Source of the DNA: the human T2T-CHM13v2.0 reference genome, Homo sapiens
Reading direction: 5' to 3' (one strand)
Assembly (NCBI RefSeq): GCF_009914755.1
Contig: NC_060933.1
Length of the DNA: 64,000 nt
Each line of letters begins with the position of its first letter. Within the stretch, counting starts at the first letter, position 1. A program made the translations under genes and the position numbers. Under the pieces are notes generated by a model, which saw only the letters and a program-made list of their open reading frames with translations, made no database searches and was not told the origin of the DNA. Below are positions 13,336-26,362 of the stretch, one piece after another.

Positions 13336-13654
13336 CCTATTTAATAAGGAAGTGAACTTCCTGTTGCTGAAAATTTTCAAATATAAACTTGGTGTTTCCA
13401 GAAAGATGTGATGCAATAAATGGAATAAGGAAAAAGTAGGTCTCTAAGGTCTTAAACAACTGTATTCCACTTTATCACTTGAATGTACTCATCAAAGTGC
13501 TAAGGCCAGAGTGATTTCTGTTATTTGAGTTTCTTTACTGGAACCTTTCTCCAACATCCGCGCCTTATCTACTCCTTATCTACCCTCATCTGAATTTGCT
13601 TGTTTTTGGCCCTGCTCTAAGCCCTTTCTGTTTTAGTTTTAACACAAGAGTTAC

Positions 13655-13893
13655 ATAGTCCTATGCTGTGGTGTCAGACTGCTTGGTTTGAATCCTAATT
13701 TCACATTGGCCAGCTGTTTGAATTCTGGAAGGTTACCTAGGCTGATTAAGTCTCATTTTCTTTATCTGTTAAAAGCAAATGACCAAAGTACCTCTTGCAA
13801 ATGGTTGTTGTAAATTTTAAATGATGGTAATCCAGATAAAGTGATTAGTAAAATGCTTGGCCATGTAAGGACCTAGTAAACGGTAGTTATATT
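13655..13893 (+). mobile_element. MIR
   Basis: gtcagactgcttggtttgaatcct...ctcattttctttatctgttaaa...ggttgttgtaaattttaaatga. Confidence 0.8.
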
Positions 13894-16487
13894 TTCACTT
13901 AAGGAATATCAATTCTTTTTTTTTTTTAACTTCCAACAACTCCTGAACTCCAAATTTTACAAAGAATTTTGAGTATATGTACCCTTTACCTAGTTGATTA
14001 GATGTATGTCTTCATTTCTCTGTAAAACAGGTTTTTGGATATTTAATTTTATTTTCTTGTTAATGTTGTATAGTCGGAGATGAAGTCTTATAAGCCACTC
14101 TATCAATAATAATGAACAACAGATGTTTTCATTGTTAGCAGATTATTGACAGCATTTAAATTGGCAGTTCATTGGAGACCCTCAGAACTTAGAGAAATTT
14201 AAAAAATATAATACCATAAGCCCTCCCACCCATAAACCCTGCCAGCACCTCCCACCTCAGTCTTAAAATAATGATGATGAGAACATAATAAAGGTATTTA
14301 TTTGGGGTATAAACTGTCTTTCATTGAGCTGTGAGATGTTTATGAAGACCCAAGAGAAGTGGATGCACCCAGAGTGGTTTATAAGCAGAATAGCTCATAA
14401 CCCTGGTATGGAAAAGGCCATTTCTTGAACTCACAGGACAATGTCTTTAAAATTTCATTCCTAAAAAAGTACAAGCTGATATGGATAAGAAAGTGGAGAC
14501 CTTGTGATATTGGCTGTTTCTTAAGGATATTTTCCATTTTATGTGTCCAGTGTCATTTCTAAATACCTAATAGACCATCACTGAAGTACAGTGCATTATT
14601 CAGAACTGAAAATACCTACATTTACTATAAATATTTATCTTGCATATACTGTGCACATATGTGGTTTTCAATAGCTTCAAATATGCTGGAAATTTCTGAC
14701 TGGCCCCTTTGGTGAACACCAGGCTGTGGGCTGCATGTGTGGTAACACAATTCTAGACACTCTTCTTTAGTTCCAGCTCTGGCAGAGACCTTCTCACCAT
14801 GGTTGATGATGTATGAGGGAATCATGGCTAATATGTGTTCCGTTTGCCTCTGGGTGCTGCTGTAACATAGATTCCTGTCAAATAAATAGGGCCTAGTTTA
14901 AAGACCATTTCAACTAGGCGGTTAAGGAAATGAACTCATTTTCATCTCTGGTCAGTGTTGGGTGACATCAGTATTTCCCATAGCCTTTGGTCTCTGGATT
15001 CTTGAGGTATAGGAAACAACTACATTAGAAACATATTTGGAAGCCTGGGCCACTTGAAATGCATTAAAAGTCGAAGATCCACATTCAGGATTCAGGGTTC
15101 TGATTTAAATGCCCTCTCACCTTATTACTCACATTTGCAAAAGACACCCTAGGCTTTAACATTCCTTTTTGTCATCTGTATTTTGGTGGCTTGCTATATT
15201 AGATTATCCGTATGAAAGCATCAGTTGGATATTTCTTCTTTTTCACCTCCTACCATAGTGATGTATATAAAGAAAACAAGCAAAAAGGTGGTACAAGAAT
15301 ATTTAATGGTAAAGTCAGATTCAACAGAAGCAGAGGTGGAAGAAAGGAACCTAGTTGCTTCACTTTTAACACGCATGTTTTCCGTAGACGGCTGGTTTTC
15401 TTCAATTTTCGTAATTACAATTTCAGGCAGCATCCCTCCACTCCAGGCCGGTTATCCCATTTGTGGGTTACCCATTTCCTGTGCATTTCCTTCCTCCGGC
15501 CCACCTCTTGGCCACATTAACATGACTTCATGTCACAATCGATACCGCAGGTGGCCACGGCAGGTTTTGAAAGGAGAATGGAATAAAAACCTGTCAAGGT
15601 TGCTTTGTGTTAAATTAAAATATGTGGTGAGGAGAGGCCCAAAAACTCTTGGCCAGAATGAGGCTTCTGAAAAACGGAGGCATTTCAGAAATCTACACTA
15701 TTTTTTTAATCAATCTTTGTTAACCAAGTGTTTGCTGGCAGTGTATCTTGGAAGAAGTCAGAGCAGTACACATAGTGGAAATAAAGTTGAGAATATGCCC
15801 CCATTTTTGGGATATAATTAGCCAATATTTTTGAAATCCTAGGGCAGACTTAGTTTATTGCTTGGTCTTCTAAGGGCTTACAGTCAGGGAGACAAAATTC
15901 ACACCCAAGATTCAACAGTCAACAACAGTTTGGCACAATTCACTGGGTCGTTGTTGGATTGCATAGAACAGAGAGAGAGGGAGAGACACAGAGAGAGAGA
16001 GAAAGTGTGTGTGTGGGTGTGGGTTGGGGGGGTGTATTTCTAAGTTCAGAGAAGAGACAAAGACAAGTAGGCTGAAAAAGGCTATGTGTTAAGAGGTAGG
16101 TCCATAGCTGGGCCCCAAAAACTGAAGGCACGAGGGAGAGAGAATTCGGGTTAGTAGAGTAGAATAGTAGAGAGTGTGTGTTCAGGGCCTCAGGTGCCAG
16201 AAAGAAGTCAGGAAGATGGGGGAAAGATACAAATGTTCATAAAAATGTAGAAGCCCCTGTTCTCTAGGAAATCAATGTTGTCTGTCATAAAAACATGGGT
16301 GCACCCTTTCTTAGAATGAATCTTTGAAACTACTCAAATGTATTTATAACACTCAACAAAAGGCAGTCTCATTTGGGGAATAAATTAATTAACAAATTTA
16401 TTTCGGAGGCATTGGAGGCACCTGTAAGGGATGAGGTTTGGAAAGGAGCTTCTGCTTAGGATGTAGTTGGAATAAAAGCCGAGTTGT

Positions 16488-17025
16488 GGCCTACAACACC
16501 CTGAATGATTTGACCATGCCTCCGCTTCTAACTTTCTGCCTTCTGTGCCATTCTCTCCCTGTTCTCTAAGCTCCAACAATACCCATCCTACCCATCCTCT
16601 TTCTCTTTCTTTGATACGCTGAACTCTTTCCTGCCTTACCATCTTTGCATTTGCTGTGTCCTCTACCAGGACACTTGTCCCTAGGCTCTTGGGCAGACCA
16701 ACTCCTTCTCACATTTCACGTTTGCAGAGACTGGAGTCTTTTTTCTGACCATCTCATCTAAAGTGGTGTACTCAGATCCCTCAGCATTCACCATCATATC
16801 ACAGTGTTTAAAACACAAAGAGCCTTTAAAACACAGGGAGCTCTCTGAATGGTCTTGTTTATTTGGTGGTTTATCTTCTGTGTCTCGCCTTTAGGACAGG
16901 GACCTCATCTGCCTTGCGCACAGCCATACCCTAGCATATAAATTCAAGCCAGGTAACTGAGGAACATATACTTTATAATTTCTTAATTATAGTAGGTACT
17001 CAATGACGTGTGTGTTAAGTGAATC
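16488..17025 (+). mobile_element. L2a 3' region
   Basis: ggcctacaacaccctgaatgatttg...tttgcatttgctgtg...agggacctcatctgccttg...tagtaggtactcaatga. Confidence 0.7.
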
Positions 17026-18026
17026 CATGGCAGTGAAGTCTCCATTGTATTTAGGGCATATTAAGCTTCTATTCTCTTCCATTCCCGATATGCTGAACTA
17101 TTTGTTACAAAGCAGGAAGAAAGTAGTGAATAGGGAAAGACCTGGGGTGGCTCGTGTTACTATGGAATTATGTAGCAGCACAGCTCTCCTCTTTTGTTCC
17201 TCTCCCGAGTCTTAAGAACCTGGAAAACAACATCACACATCACACAGAGGGATATTTCAAAGAGTCGGACTTTAAAGGAACAATTGTGTGGGTTAGATGA
17301 ATGCTAGTAAATTATGTCAGGAAAAGCTGCTGCCTTAATTTGTTTTTCAATATGTTTGTATGTTGTAGCCATTGCAGAATGAAATTACTATATATAATGA
17401 GCTCAGGTTCCATGTTTTACAGCCTTCCCCTCGAAGCCTTCACACACATTGTCCTGTGTAGGACACCTTTCTGGACTTGGCACTGTTCTTCTTTTCCTTC
17501 TCAAAAAAATAGTGCTTGATGAATTTGTCTACTGGCTACAAATTATGGTACAATAGCCATTGTTAATTTAGTGAAAGAAGTGTGGAGAACCTGTTATTTT
17601 TTTCTCGCCCATGGGTTTTTCATAGGAGCACACATCTGGCTGCTGTACAGAGAAGCTGCCTGAGTGGTTCGATTTGTAGCTGGATGGGCTTCTAGGCGCG
17701 TGGTTGAGAAATTATAAAGTCTATGTTCTTCAGTGACATGGTTTGGATTTATAAATGAAATGCTATGATGCCTATTTGTATGTCATTAAAACATGTTAAC
17801 AATAAAATGATACATCCATTTTTCTGCTGTTGAGATACACTTTATTTAGTTTATGCTTTTCCAAAAGACTTACGGTATCAGAACAGGACAGAGCTGGTGG
17901 CGGAGAGATTTCTGTTTCACTTGCTTTTCCCACATCTTTCCTTCCTGTCTTCCCTTGTTCATGCTGGAGATCTATGTTTTTACACTAGTAGACAATGTGC
18001 CAAATTGCTGCTAATTTAATGCATTA

Positions 18027-18333
<307 letters not shown>

Positions 18334-18394
18334 TAGGTAATTCTTCCATTTCCTCACTATTTAGTAATCTTGCAGCATGCTCTTCTTCTTTCAG

Positions 18395-18538
18395 CACTGC
18401 AGTGACAATACACATCCCTGCCAGTCTGACATGAATATCGAAGGAGCCTGGAAGAGAGGCTACACGGGAAAGAACATTGTGGTCACTATCCTGGATGACG
18501 GAATTGAGAGAACCCATCCAGATCTGATGCAAAACTAC
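18395..18538 (+). CDS. PCSK5: PCSK5 coding exon (probably exon 4), start of the catalytic domain with the catalytic Asp (TILDDG)
   Basis: Acceptor tcttcttctttcag and donor TAC|gtgagt; 144 nt, phase 0-0. Translates HCSDNTHPCQSDMNIEGAWKRGYTGKNIVVTILDDGIERTHPDLMQNY, recognised as PC5/6 with the S8 peptidase Asp motif. Confidence 0.97.
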
Positions 18539-19513
18539 GTGAGTGTATGCTGTGGTTAGAAGGTCTTTCCTTCTGGGAAACAGAGAAACTCATGTTAGGA
18601 TTATCAAAAAGGTGGATAGCTACTGAAAAATGTAGCAACGTACAATAGGGTATTGTGTTTTGCTTCTCTCTGGTAAAAGATGAGAATTCTTTGAATACAG
18701 GAAGCATGAGATAACCCTTTCAACTTTCCAGTGCCTTTGATGTTCTGACTTACAAAAAGAAAGCAATAAGGTAGCAGAAACTCCGCCACCACACCATCTG
18801 CTACCAGCAACATTCGCTGTTCTCAACAATTTATCCAACCAGCCAGGCAGTACTCTTTGTTTCTTTTATGGAGAAAAATGTACTTCGAACTTTTCTCCAG
18901 TTATCTGCTGGTCTTTTTCTCTCTCTGCCTCTTCTTTTTTTTAAAGGACAGTAATGATCAGCCTCCCAGTAGTCTGTAGGAATCAATTCCTTTCTTAAGA
19001 AGAAACCACAAATTCATTTAGTTCTCATTTGAACAAAACAGTTGAGTTGCTGCATCTAAGTGCACTCAGATAAACTGTCTCTTTACAGAATAGAATTTTC
19101 AAGCTAAAAAGGAACTTCAGGTTAGTCTCCTCCTTTGATAGGAGAATAAACTGTAGCCTGAAGACTGAAGTGAGTTATCCATGGTCAGATAGAAGAATAG
19201 AAACTATGGCTGCCTGTGCCCCAGCAGAGATGTCTTTCTTGTCACACGCGAAGAGGGTTTTACAGCATGCTGCTGTTCCCCACTGCATACAAATGTATTT
19301 GACTAAATACAAATAGCATTCATGTAATTGTGAGTGCCGTCTTTTATGTTTGTCATTTTCTCCTCTTGAGAAAAAAATTCTCCAGAATTATCTGTGCAAT
19401 TAGCATGATTGGTGCCCTCTCGGTTCTTCTTTATGTTGGACCTGGTGGGTAAGAGAGAAAGCACGTTCGGTAACATGTCAAAGACTTGGGTTCCCTCCAG
19501 TCTGGATTTGTTT

Positions 19514-19618
19514 AATCACTTTTAAAGGCAAACAAGCAAATCCAACTTTGGTTTTGGAGATACTGTTTCTTCATATTGAAATCTTGGCATAGGAAAACTT
19601 TATCATTTTGGTTGGTCC
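19514..19618 (+). repeat. ~105-bp dispersed direct repeat, copy A (copy B at 20880-20986)
   Basis: About 90% identical by manual alignment (9 substitutions, 2 gaps). Confidence 0.92.
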
Positions 19619-19921
19619 TCTGTTTCGGGCCTCTTTTTCCTTATCAGTAAAATTAGTAAGGTACATTAGATACACTCTGAAGCCTTCGTGCTCCAAAGGA
19701 CACTTAGCAGGTCTGCAGAGCCTCTTTTGCACAAGAAGCAGGAACTTAAACCACCTGTATATACAATGTATATTTTACTTGATTTCCCGAAACATTTCAG
19801 GCTCTATGTACTAAAAGTTATTTTCAGAAAGAGGAGCCTTTGATAAAGACAGAAAATCAAGATAGTGTTTACTTTCACGAACATTGAAATTAGGAATAAT
19901 AATAAAGTATAAGAACATTCA

Positions 19922-20053
19922 GGCTAGGTGCAGTGGCTCACACCTGTAATTCTAGTGTTTTGGGAGGTTGAGGCAGGAGGATTGCTTGAGCTCAGTAGTT
20001 TGAGACCAGCCTGGAAAACAGCAAGACCTCATCTCTAATAAAAGTAAAAAAAA
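19922..20053 (+). mobile_element. Alu left monomer (FLAM_C/AluJ)
   Basis: ggctaggtgcagtggctcacacctgtaa...gagaccagcctgg...ctcatctct plus A-tail, followed by (GA)n. Confidence 0.85.
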
Positions 20054-20601
20054 TGAGGAGAGAGAGAGAGAGAGAGAGACCAAGCCACTCAACAGACCAC
20101 CAGAACTGAAAATAAGCCAAATTATACTCCAGAGAAGGGTTCTCAATAACACCACATTATTCCAGGCTAGAAGGAGGAAGCAGCCCATTTTTCATTTGAT
20201 AGTAAGATGTTGAGTCACCATTTTACCCCGCATCTGTATTCCTATACTATTTATCTACATATGTTTCTTATAGCCACCTAACATAAAGAGAAAGAAACTT
20301 CTGCCAAATTGTTGTAGTGACCCCATATCTTTGTGGTCTTAATCTCTTGTATTCCCTCTGAGACTTCTTTTCCCTCCTTATACTCTTGTATCTTTCTTAG
20401 GAAATTTAACTGAAAAAGACATAGGGCAGAAATTATGCCCATGTTTGAAGTAAGCATTCATTAAGTACTCAAATAACCAGAAGTGCTATAAAAATGTTCT
20501 ACTATACTAAAATGAATGCCCCTCAGGAGTTCTAACCAAATTATGAAAAATAGCTCTAACTGAATTTTTAAAATACCAAAATAATTAATTTTAAAAATAG
20601 T

Positions 20602-20782
20602 AAAAAAAAAATAACTGGGTGTGATGGCACCTGCCTGTAGTCTCACCTACTCAGGAGCTGAGGCAGGAAGATTGCTTGAGCATAGGAGATACAGGGTATA
20701 GTGAGCCAAGCCGTGATCACACCACTGCCCTCCAGCCTGGGTGACAGAGGAAGACCCTGTTTCAATTAATCAATCAATCAAA
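20602..20782 (+). mobile_element. Alu right monomer (FRAM/AluJ)
   Basis: ctgggtgtgatggcacctgcctgtag...ccagcctgggtgacagaggaagaccctgtttc plus (AATC)n tail. Confidence 0.85.
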
Positions 20783-21617
20783 GAAAATTGAAAGCATATT
20801 AAATTAGGCTGGCTACAGTGACATAAATTTGATCAATTGTAACTAGTAATTTTTTTTCAGTAATGCAGGTATTTTTCACAATCAGTTTTAAAAGCAAACA
20901 AGCAAATCCAACTTTGGTTCTGGAGATACTGTTTCCTCATTTTGAAATCTTAGTGTAGGAAAACTGTTCATTATTTTGGTTGGTCCAAAAGCCAATGGTT
21001 ATTAGTAGAATGTCTAAATTATGGACTCCTTTATAGTAGATACAATACCTGGAACCAGACGAGGGTTGTCTAATAGCGGTCCCAAGATACCTGACATAAT
21101 AAAGATCGAATATTGATTTTTAATTGGCTTGCCAATGATATGTGAATGATTTTTGTCTTCTGAAATCTATATATTATGATAAGGAAGTTGCAAGCTGAAG
21201 AAATCAAGTAAGGAGTAGGGAGAGAGTCTATGGAGAATAAATCACTTTGTGCCTAGGTAGTCAAGGTGTACCTCAGAGAAAAGGTAATAATGAGGATGTC
21301 TTTGAAAGATATACGTTTCATGAATTGGGTCATTCTAGGTATGAGGGGAAAAAGTGCTGGCAAGAATGAACCAGGCACTTGTTTGGTCTGTGTAGAGTTC
21401 TTCTTCACCTTAAGGGGGAAAAATATGGCACTAATTATCACTGAATGAGCACTGCCTCCCTAAGGCATCCTGACACCACTGAACCGTGAGGTGAGCGTAT
21501 TAGTTAACCTAATTACTTTCTGGCAGAAATGTATTTAAAAATGCATGAGCCTGTGGGTCATTGGCTAATTAATGAATGTCCATTTCCTTTCCCTTGCTCT
21601 CTCCTCTGTGGCCATAG

Positions 21618-21694
21618 GATGCTCTGGCAAGTTGCGACGTGAATGGGAATGACTTGGACCCAATGCCTCGTTATGATGCAAGCAACGAGAACAA
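21618..21694 (+). CDS. PCSK5: PCSK5 coding exon (probably exon 5)
   Basis: Pyrimidine tract ...ctctctcctctgtggccatag and donor AA|gtaagg; 77 nt, phase 0-2. Translates DALASCDVNGNDLDPMPRYDASNEN(K), in frame with both neighbouring exons. Not listed in the ORF track on the + strand. Confidence 0.96.
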
Positions 21695-22900
21695 GTAAGG
21701 CCCAAGTGAGGGGTGGCTGGCATGTGGCTGGCAAGGAGCTTTGTTTTCTGCTCATACTGAGGGAAGTATTTTCTTCAAAATCCTTGATAACATATGATTG
21801 CTAATTTGCTCCAAGATTAACAAGTGTCTTTCCACTGAAGCCTCTGAGTAAGAAAAAAGGGGTGGTCCATATAGAAAGAATGGTTGCAGAGAGAGCCCTG
21901 GGGAATGGCTCAGCATTTCCAAATCTTGAGACTGGAACTAAGAGATGACCCCTCACGTGGTAATTGCCCTGTGAGCCATTTGTTTAGGGACAGGGGTGGT
22001 GAAGGGAGAGGCCAAGCAAAGTGCCTCCCAAAAGAATTATTTTGTTCTGTTAAATTCAACACATGATTGAATACTGCATTTGAGGTCCCTACCTGAGCAT
22101 TTCTTTACTCCTCCTTCGCTCCTCTCTCCTCTGTAGTTATTGTGTTTTTCACTAATATACCTGAAATACCTAGAAGGATTATTGCCAACTGAAGAAGGCA
22201 TTACCTTTCTTATTCCCCGCCCCCCGCCCAGGCAAGAGGCACAGAAACCCGGTTAACCACAATTATGCTTTCCGTTTACTACTGTGGTTTTTAGTGAATG
22301 CAAATCAACATTCACATCCATTTGATAACAGAATATTTTAACATTCCTCAGGCAAGTAAGAGAGAATGGGTTTTCTTGCTTACATAATGACCCAGATTCC
22401 TTACAATATTAGTAGACATTTCTAATCTCTAAATCACAGTAATTTTTTTCCCTTTTACTATGAAGCTCCTCAGGATAATGCTGTAATTTAGATACTTTCA
22501 TTTGAATTTTTATTTACATGTTTTATTTACATAACATGCACTGAAGTTGCAAAGAGAACTGTTTAACCCATTTATTTTGTTATTTCTAATCTGCTTTTTT
22601 CTTTAGGGAAAAATTTCTCAACTAGGTTTATTTGATTAAGTCAGTAAGTTTAGATAAAACCATATGACCTAGAAAACTGTCACTGTACCTATGTGGTTTT
22701 TCTTTACTGTCTACAAAGAAAGCTTAACAAAATAACTGTAGAAACATGCTGTTGGTTGACATGAACAACCAAGTAAATCTTCTCGATCAGATTCAGTGGT
22801 GAAAGCATTAATACACAAATTGCTATAGGTAGAATTTTCCAGAACTTCCAAGCGAAAAGAGAGACCTACATTAAACTGGATAGTTTTCTTTCAGACTTAC

Positions 22901-23632
22901 TGTAACTGCCCAGTGGGTTCACCTTGCCTGCTGCCTAGACAGAGCCATTTTACCAAGACAGGGGAACTGCAATGGAGAAAGAGTAATTCACACAGATCTG
23001 CCTGTGCTGGAGACCAGAGTTTTATTATTGCTCAAATCAGCCTCCCCAGACATATGGAGATCAGAGTTTTTAAAGATAATTTGGTGGGTAGCGACTTAGG
23101 AAGTGGGGAGTGCTGATTGGTCAGGCTGGAGATGGAATCATAGGGGGCTGAAGTGAGGTTTTCTTGCCATCTTCTGTTCCTGGGTGGGATGGCAGAAATG
23201 GTTGAGCCAGATTACCGGTCTGGGTGGTGTCAGCTGATCCGTCGAGTGCAGGTTCTGCAAATACCTCAAGCACTGATCTTAGGTTTTACAGCAGTGATGT
23301 TATCCCCAGGAGCAATTTGGGGAGTTCACACTCTCGGAGCCAGAGGCTGCATGACCCCTAAACTGTAATTTCTAATCTCATAGCTAATTGTTAGTCCTGC
23401 AATGGCAGACTGGTCCCCAGCCAAGAAGGGAGTCTTTTCAGGAGAGGGCTATTATCAGTTTTGTTTCAGGGTTAAACCATGAGCTGAATTTCTTCCCAAA
23501 TTTAGTTTGGCCCACACCTAGGAATGAACGAGGACAGCTTAAAGGTTAGAAGCAAGATGGAGGAGTCGGTTGGGTCTGATCTCTTTCAGTGTCATAATTT
23601 TCTCAGTTATAATTTTTGCAAAGGTGATTCTA
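22901..23632 (-). mobile_element. LTR8 (ERV1), the 3' LTR of a truncated provirus
   Basis: tgtaactgcccagtgggttcaccttgcc...aggttagaagcaagatggag...aatttttgcaaaggtgattcta matches the reverse complement of LTR8; the adjacent gtccctccccttggg is a reversed polypurine tract. Confidence 0.85.
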
Positions 23633-25328
23633 GTCCCTCCCCTTGGGTTTCATAACACCTTATTCTTAAAGTGCGGCCTATGAAGATGGGAAAAGGCTGT
23701 CGATCACTCTGGCTTCTTCCTGCTGTTGGGGGCAGGTGGGGTAGATGTTGACCCTAAGGTGAGAGGAGCTGAACCGCTTTGCTGCTGTCTGAGCTGTCTG
23801 ACCATACTTAACGCAGGCCAGGCTGGGGTTCCGAGGCTTTCATGACAAAGATGTTAGTATTCTCATCTATAGTTTTAATATAGCGTTTAAGCAGACAGTG
23901 TACTATAAGGTAAATAATGAGTTTTAGGATAAGGAGTGCAATTCCCAGTTTTAAAAGTAAAGATTTGAAAGCATTAGTTTGGGGACTTACATACAGTCCA
24001 CCAAAAATTTAGGATTTAGTTTAAATGGAAGAAAAATAAAAATAAAAACTCAAAAACAACTAACAACAGGTGTACTGTAGTTTTTGGAACATAATTTTTC
24101 TCTTTCCAGTCCTTATTTTTATTAAAACAAATCATGATAGGACTGATTTGTTTGCCAATAAACTTTAGTTTTATTATACTTGACCTGATTATTTGCTTAA
24201 GGTGCAGCAAGAATAATTATTTTTTACGTAGGCTTTTTAAATTGGCTTTGATGGAACTGCGTTCCATAAGGAATCTCAGATAAGACTTTTTTAAAGCCAA
24301 GCCCAGCCATGGGTTTGTACCCTCTAATACCTATGAGTTGGGTAAATTTCTCTCCTCTTGAGCTCCCAAGGTAACTTGGGGCTCCTAGGCCTGTCAGAAA
24401 GTGACAGTCTTCACTTAGCACAGGTCAGGAACCCTGTAGAGGAGGTACGTAGGCAAGGTTTGAGGCAAGTTTTCTTAAGGGGCTATTATTGACTTTACAA
24501 GTCAAGTTTGATTCCTTAAAGGAAAGCATGCCATTCCAGTCAAAGCCTTGGTAAAATAACCAGTTTCTTCAACTGTGTCCTGTTCAAAAGAAAACATTCT
24601 TATTGCACTTATGCAAACAATTATATTGCCATAAGTTAAGAATACTCAAAAAAAGTTTCTAAATTCTGGAGAAATTAGGTAGAGAGAAACAAATATGCTC
24701 TAAATTTTATTCACAGGAGTATACTTTATTCAATTGTTAAAAGCTGGAAATAGCTCAAAAGAAGTGTTTTTCTCTCTGAAAAACAAAAAGGATCAGCAAT
24801 ACTTTAAGCAAAAAAAAAAAAATCTAAAAAGTTTACTTCAGTTTTCTGTTATTTAAGTCCATTTAGTTAACTCCTGTTCTGCTGGATATTCATAAACATT
24901 TTAGCTCTCCATGAGAGTCCTGAAAGGTTTTTTTCCCTTTATTCTAATGTCATAATCTCCAAAGTTATCAGAAACTTGCATTCAAGAGCACCTGTTAAAG
25001 TTTTATAGCTGATTATAAAACCATCTAAAGAGGACCAAATCAAGATAACAATTATCTGTGGATGACAAAAATATTTTAGGGAAGCCACAGTCAAAGACAC
25101 AATTGACAAGGAAATTTGTTACCTCTGTGACACACAATAATCCAACATAACAATTATAATTATTACTGATGACATGTATTGAGACATATCAGAATTATAG
25201 GAATCTTATACAATTTTATAACACATACTAATAAATTTATATGACTATAACCAAAAGAAAGTTAAAAACCTTTTTATATTCAACAATGTTTCCTGCATGA
25301 TTTTAATACATTAAATAAGCCAAATATG
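23633..25328 (-). mobile_element. ERV1 internal region (MER4-group/HUERS-like), 5'-truncated, non-coding
   Basis: Polypurine tract abuts the LTR; MER4-int-like text (aattggctttgatggaact...aagcccagccatgggtttgtaccctc; cagtcaaagccttggtaaaataacc); no second LTR seen. Confidence 0.75.
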
Positions 25329-26060
25329 TGTTGTAGTCTGTATTATAATACAGACTATATGTAAAGGCAATTCTTTGAATATTGGCTTTGATGGCTTTTT
25401 ATAGACTATCCTTTTAAAACTGCTTTTTTTTTTCCTTAAGGATTTCTTTTAAACTTGGCCACTTCCCAAGACCCTTGTTCAAGAAGAATCATGACAGTCG
25501 TGCTCATCTGGGGTATTCTAGGGTGTCCTGCTTTGACCCATCCTAAGCACTGGCCATGGTTCATTGAGTGCAGTGGGGGATTGATTGTTGGAGGACACAG
25601 ACATTGTTCCCAGTGTGTGCTTAGGTTTGCCATCCTGACGGTGAAATAGGGAATTTTCACAGGTGTAACACCAGCACTCCCTGCCTCTGTTTTATGGAAG
25701 TCAGCAGTGCCGAGGGTATAGATTTACCTTTAGCTCCTCTCAGTAGTTCTGCCTGATTTTTTTTCTCAGCTGACCAAGAGCATGTAGTCAGGCATTTAGG
25801 ATTAAAATGCCCTCTTTGCTCATTAGACCATAATAATGGATATGATCAATGGATCTATCTTTAAGCATGAATCCACAGATAGATAACTCTGTTTGGATAG
25901 TGGCCACCTAGAGTTAGGAAATGAGTAGCTTTGTAGTTTAGAGAAGTTGACTTTTAGCCTTGGCTCTCCTTGATTATCTTTATGGTCTTTTGAGCTAACA
26001 ACTGAGCTTTCAGTACTTTCTAAAAAGTCTCTAGAATGGGCATAATAATACTTCCCTCTA

Positions 26061-26362
26061 GGCTGGGCACAGTGACTCACACCTGTATCCCAGTACTTTG
26101 GGAGGCCAAGGCTGGAGGATCACTTGAGTCCAGGAGATTGAGACCAGCCTGGGAAACATAGGGAGACCCTGTTTCTACTAAATACATAAATAAATAGCCA
26201 GGTGTGGTGGCATGCACCTGTGGTCCCAGAAACTTGGGAGGCTGAGATAGAAGGATTGCTTTAGCCTAGGAGGTCAAGGTTGCAGTGAGCCAAGATTGTG
26301 CCACTGCACTCCAGCCTGGGCGAAAGAGCGAGACCCTGTCTCAAAAAATAATAATAATAAAA
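26061..26362 (+). mobile_element. AluJ
   Basis: Full dimer with an (AAT)n tail. Confidence 0.92.

Noticed and set aside
15225-15821. Longest ORF in the track (198 aa)
   Set aside because: TTG start, no recognisable domain, and the 3' part runs into probable L2-derived sequence; consistent with a chance intronic ORF.
18377-18559. ORF-track start MLFFFQ and the extended ORF 62526-62717 as standalone genes
   Set aside because: Only the spliced exon cores are coding; the extensions are intronic sequence beyond clear AG/GT sites.
19922-20782. Left and right Alu monomers as one Alu split by a ~550-bp insertion
   Set aside because: No shared TSD around the pair and no TSD or element hallmarks for the intervening sequence; independent insertions are simpler.
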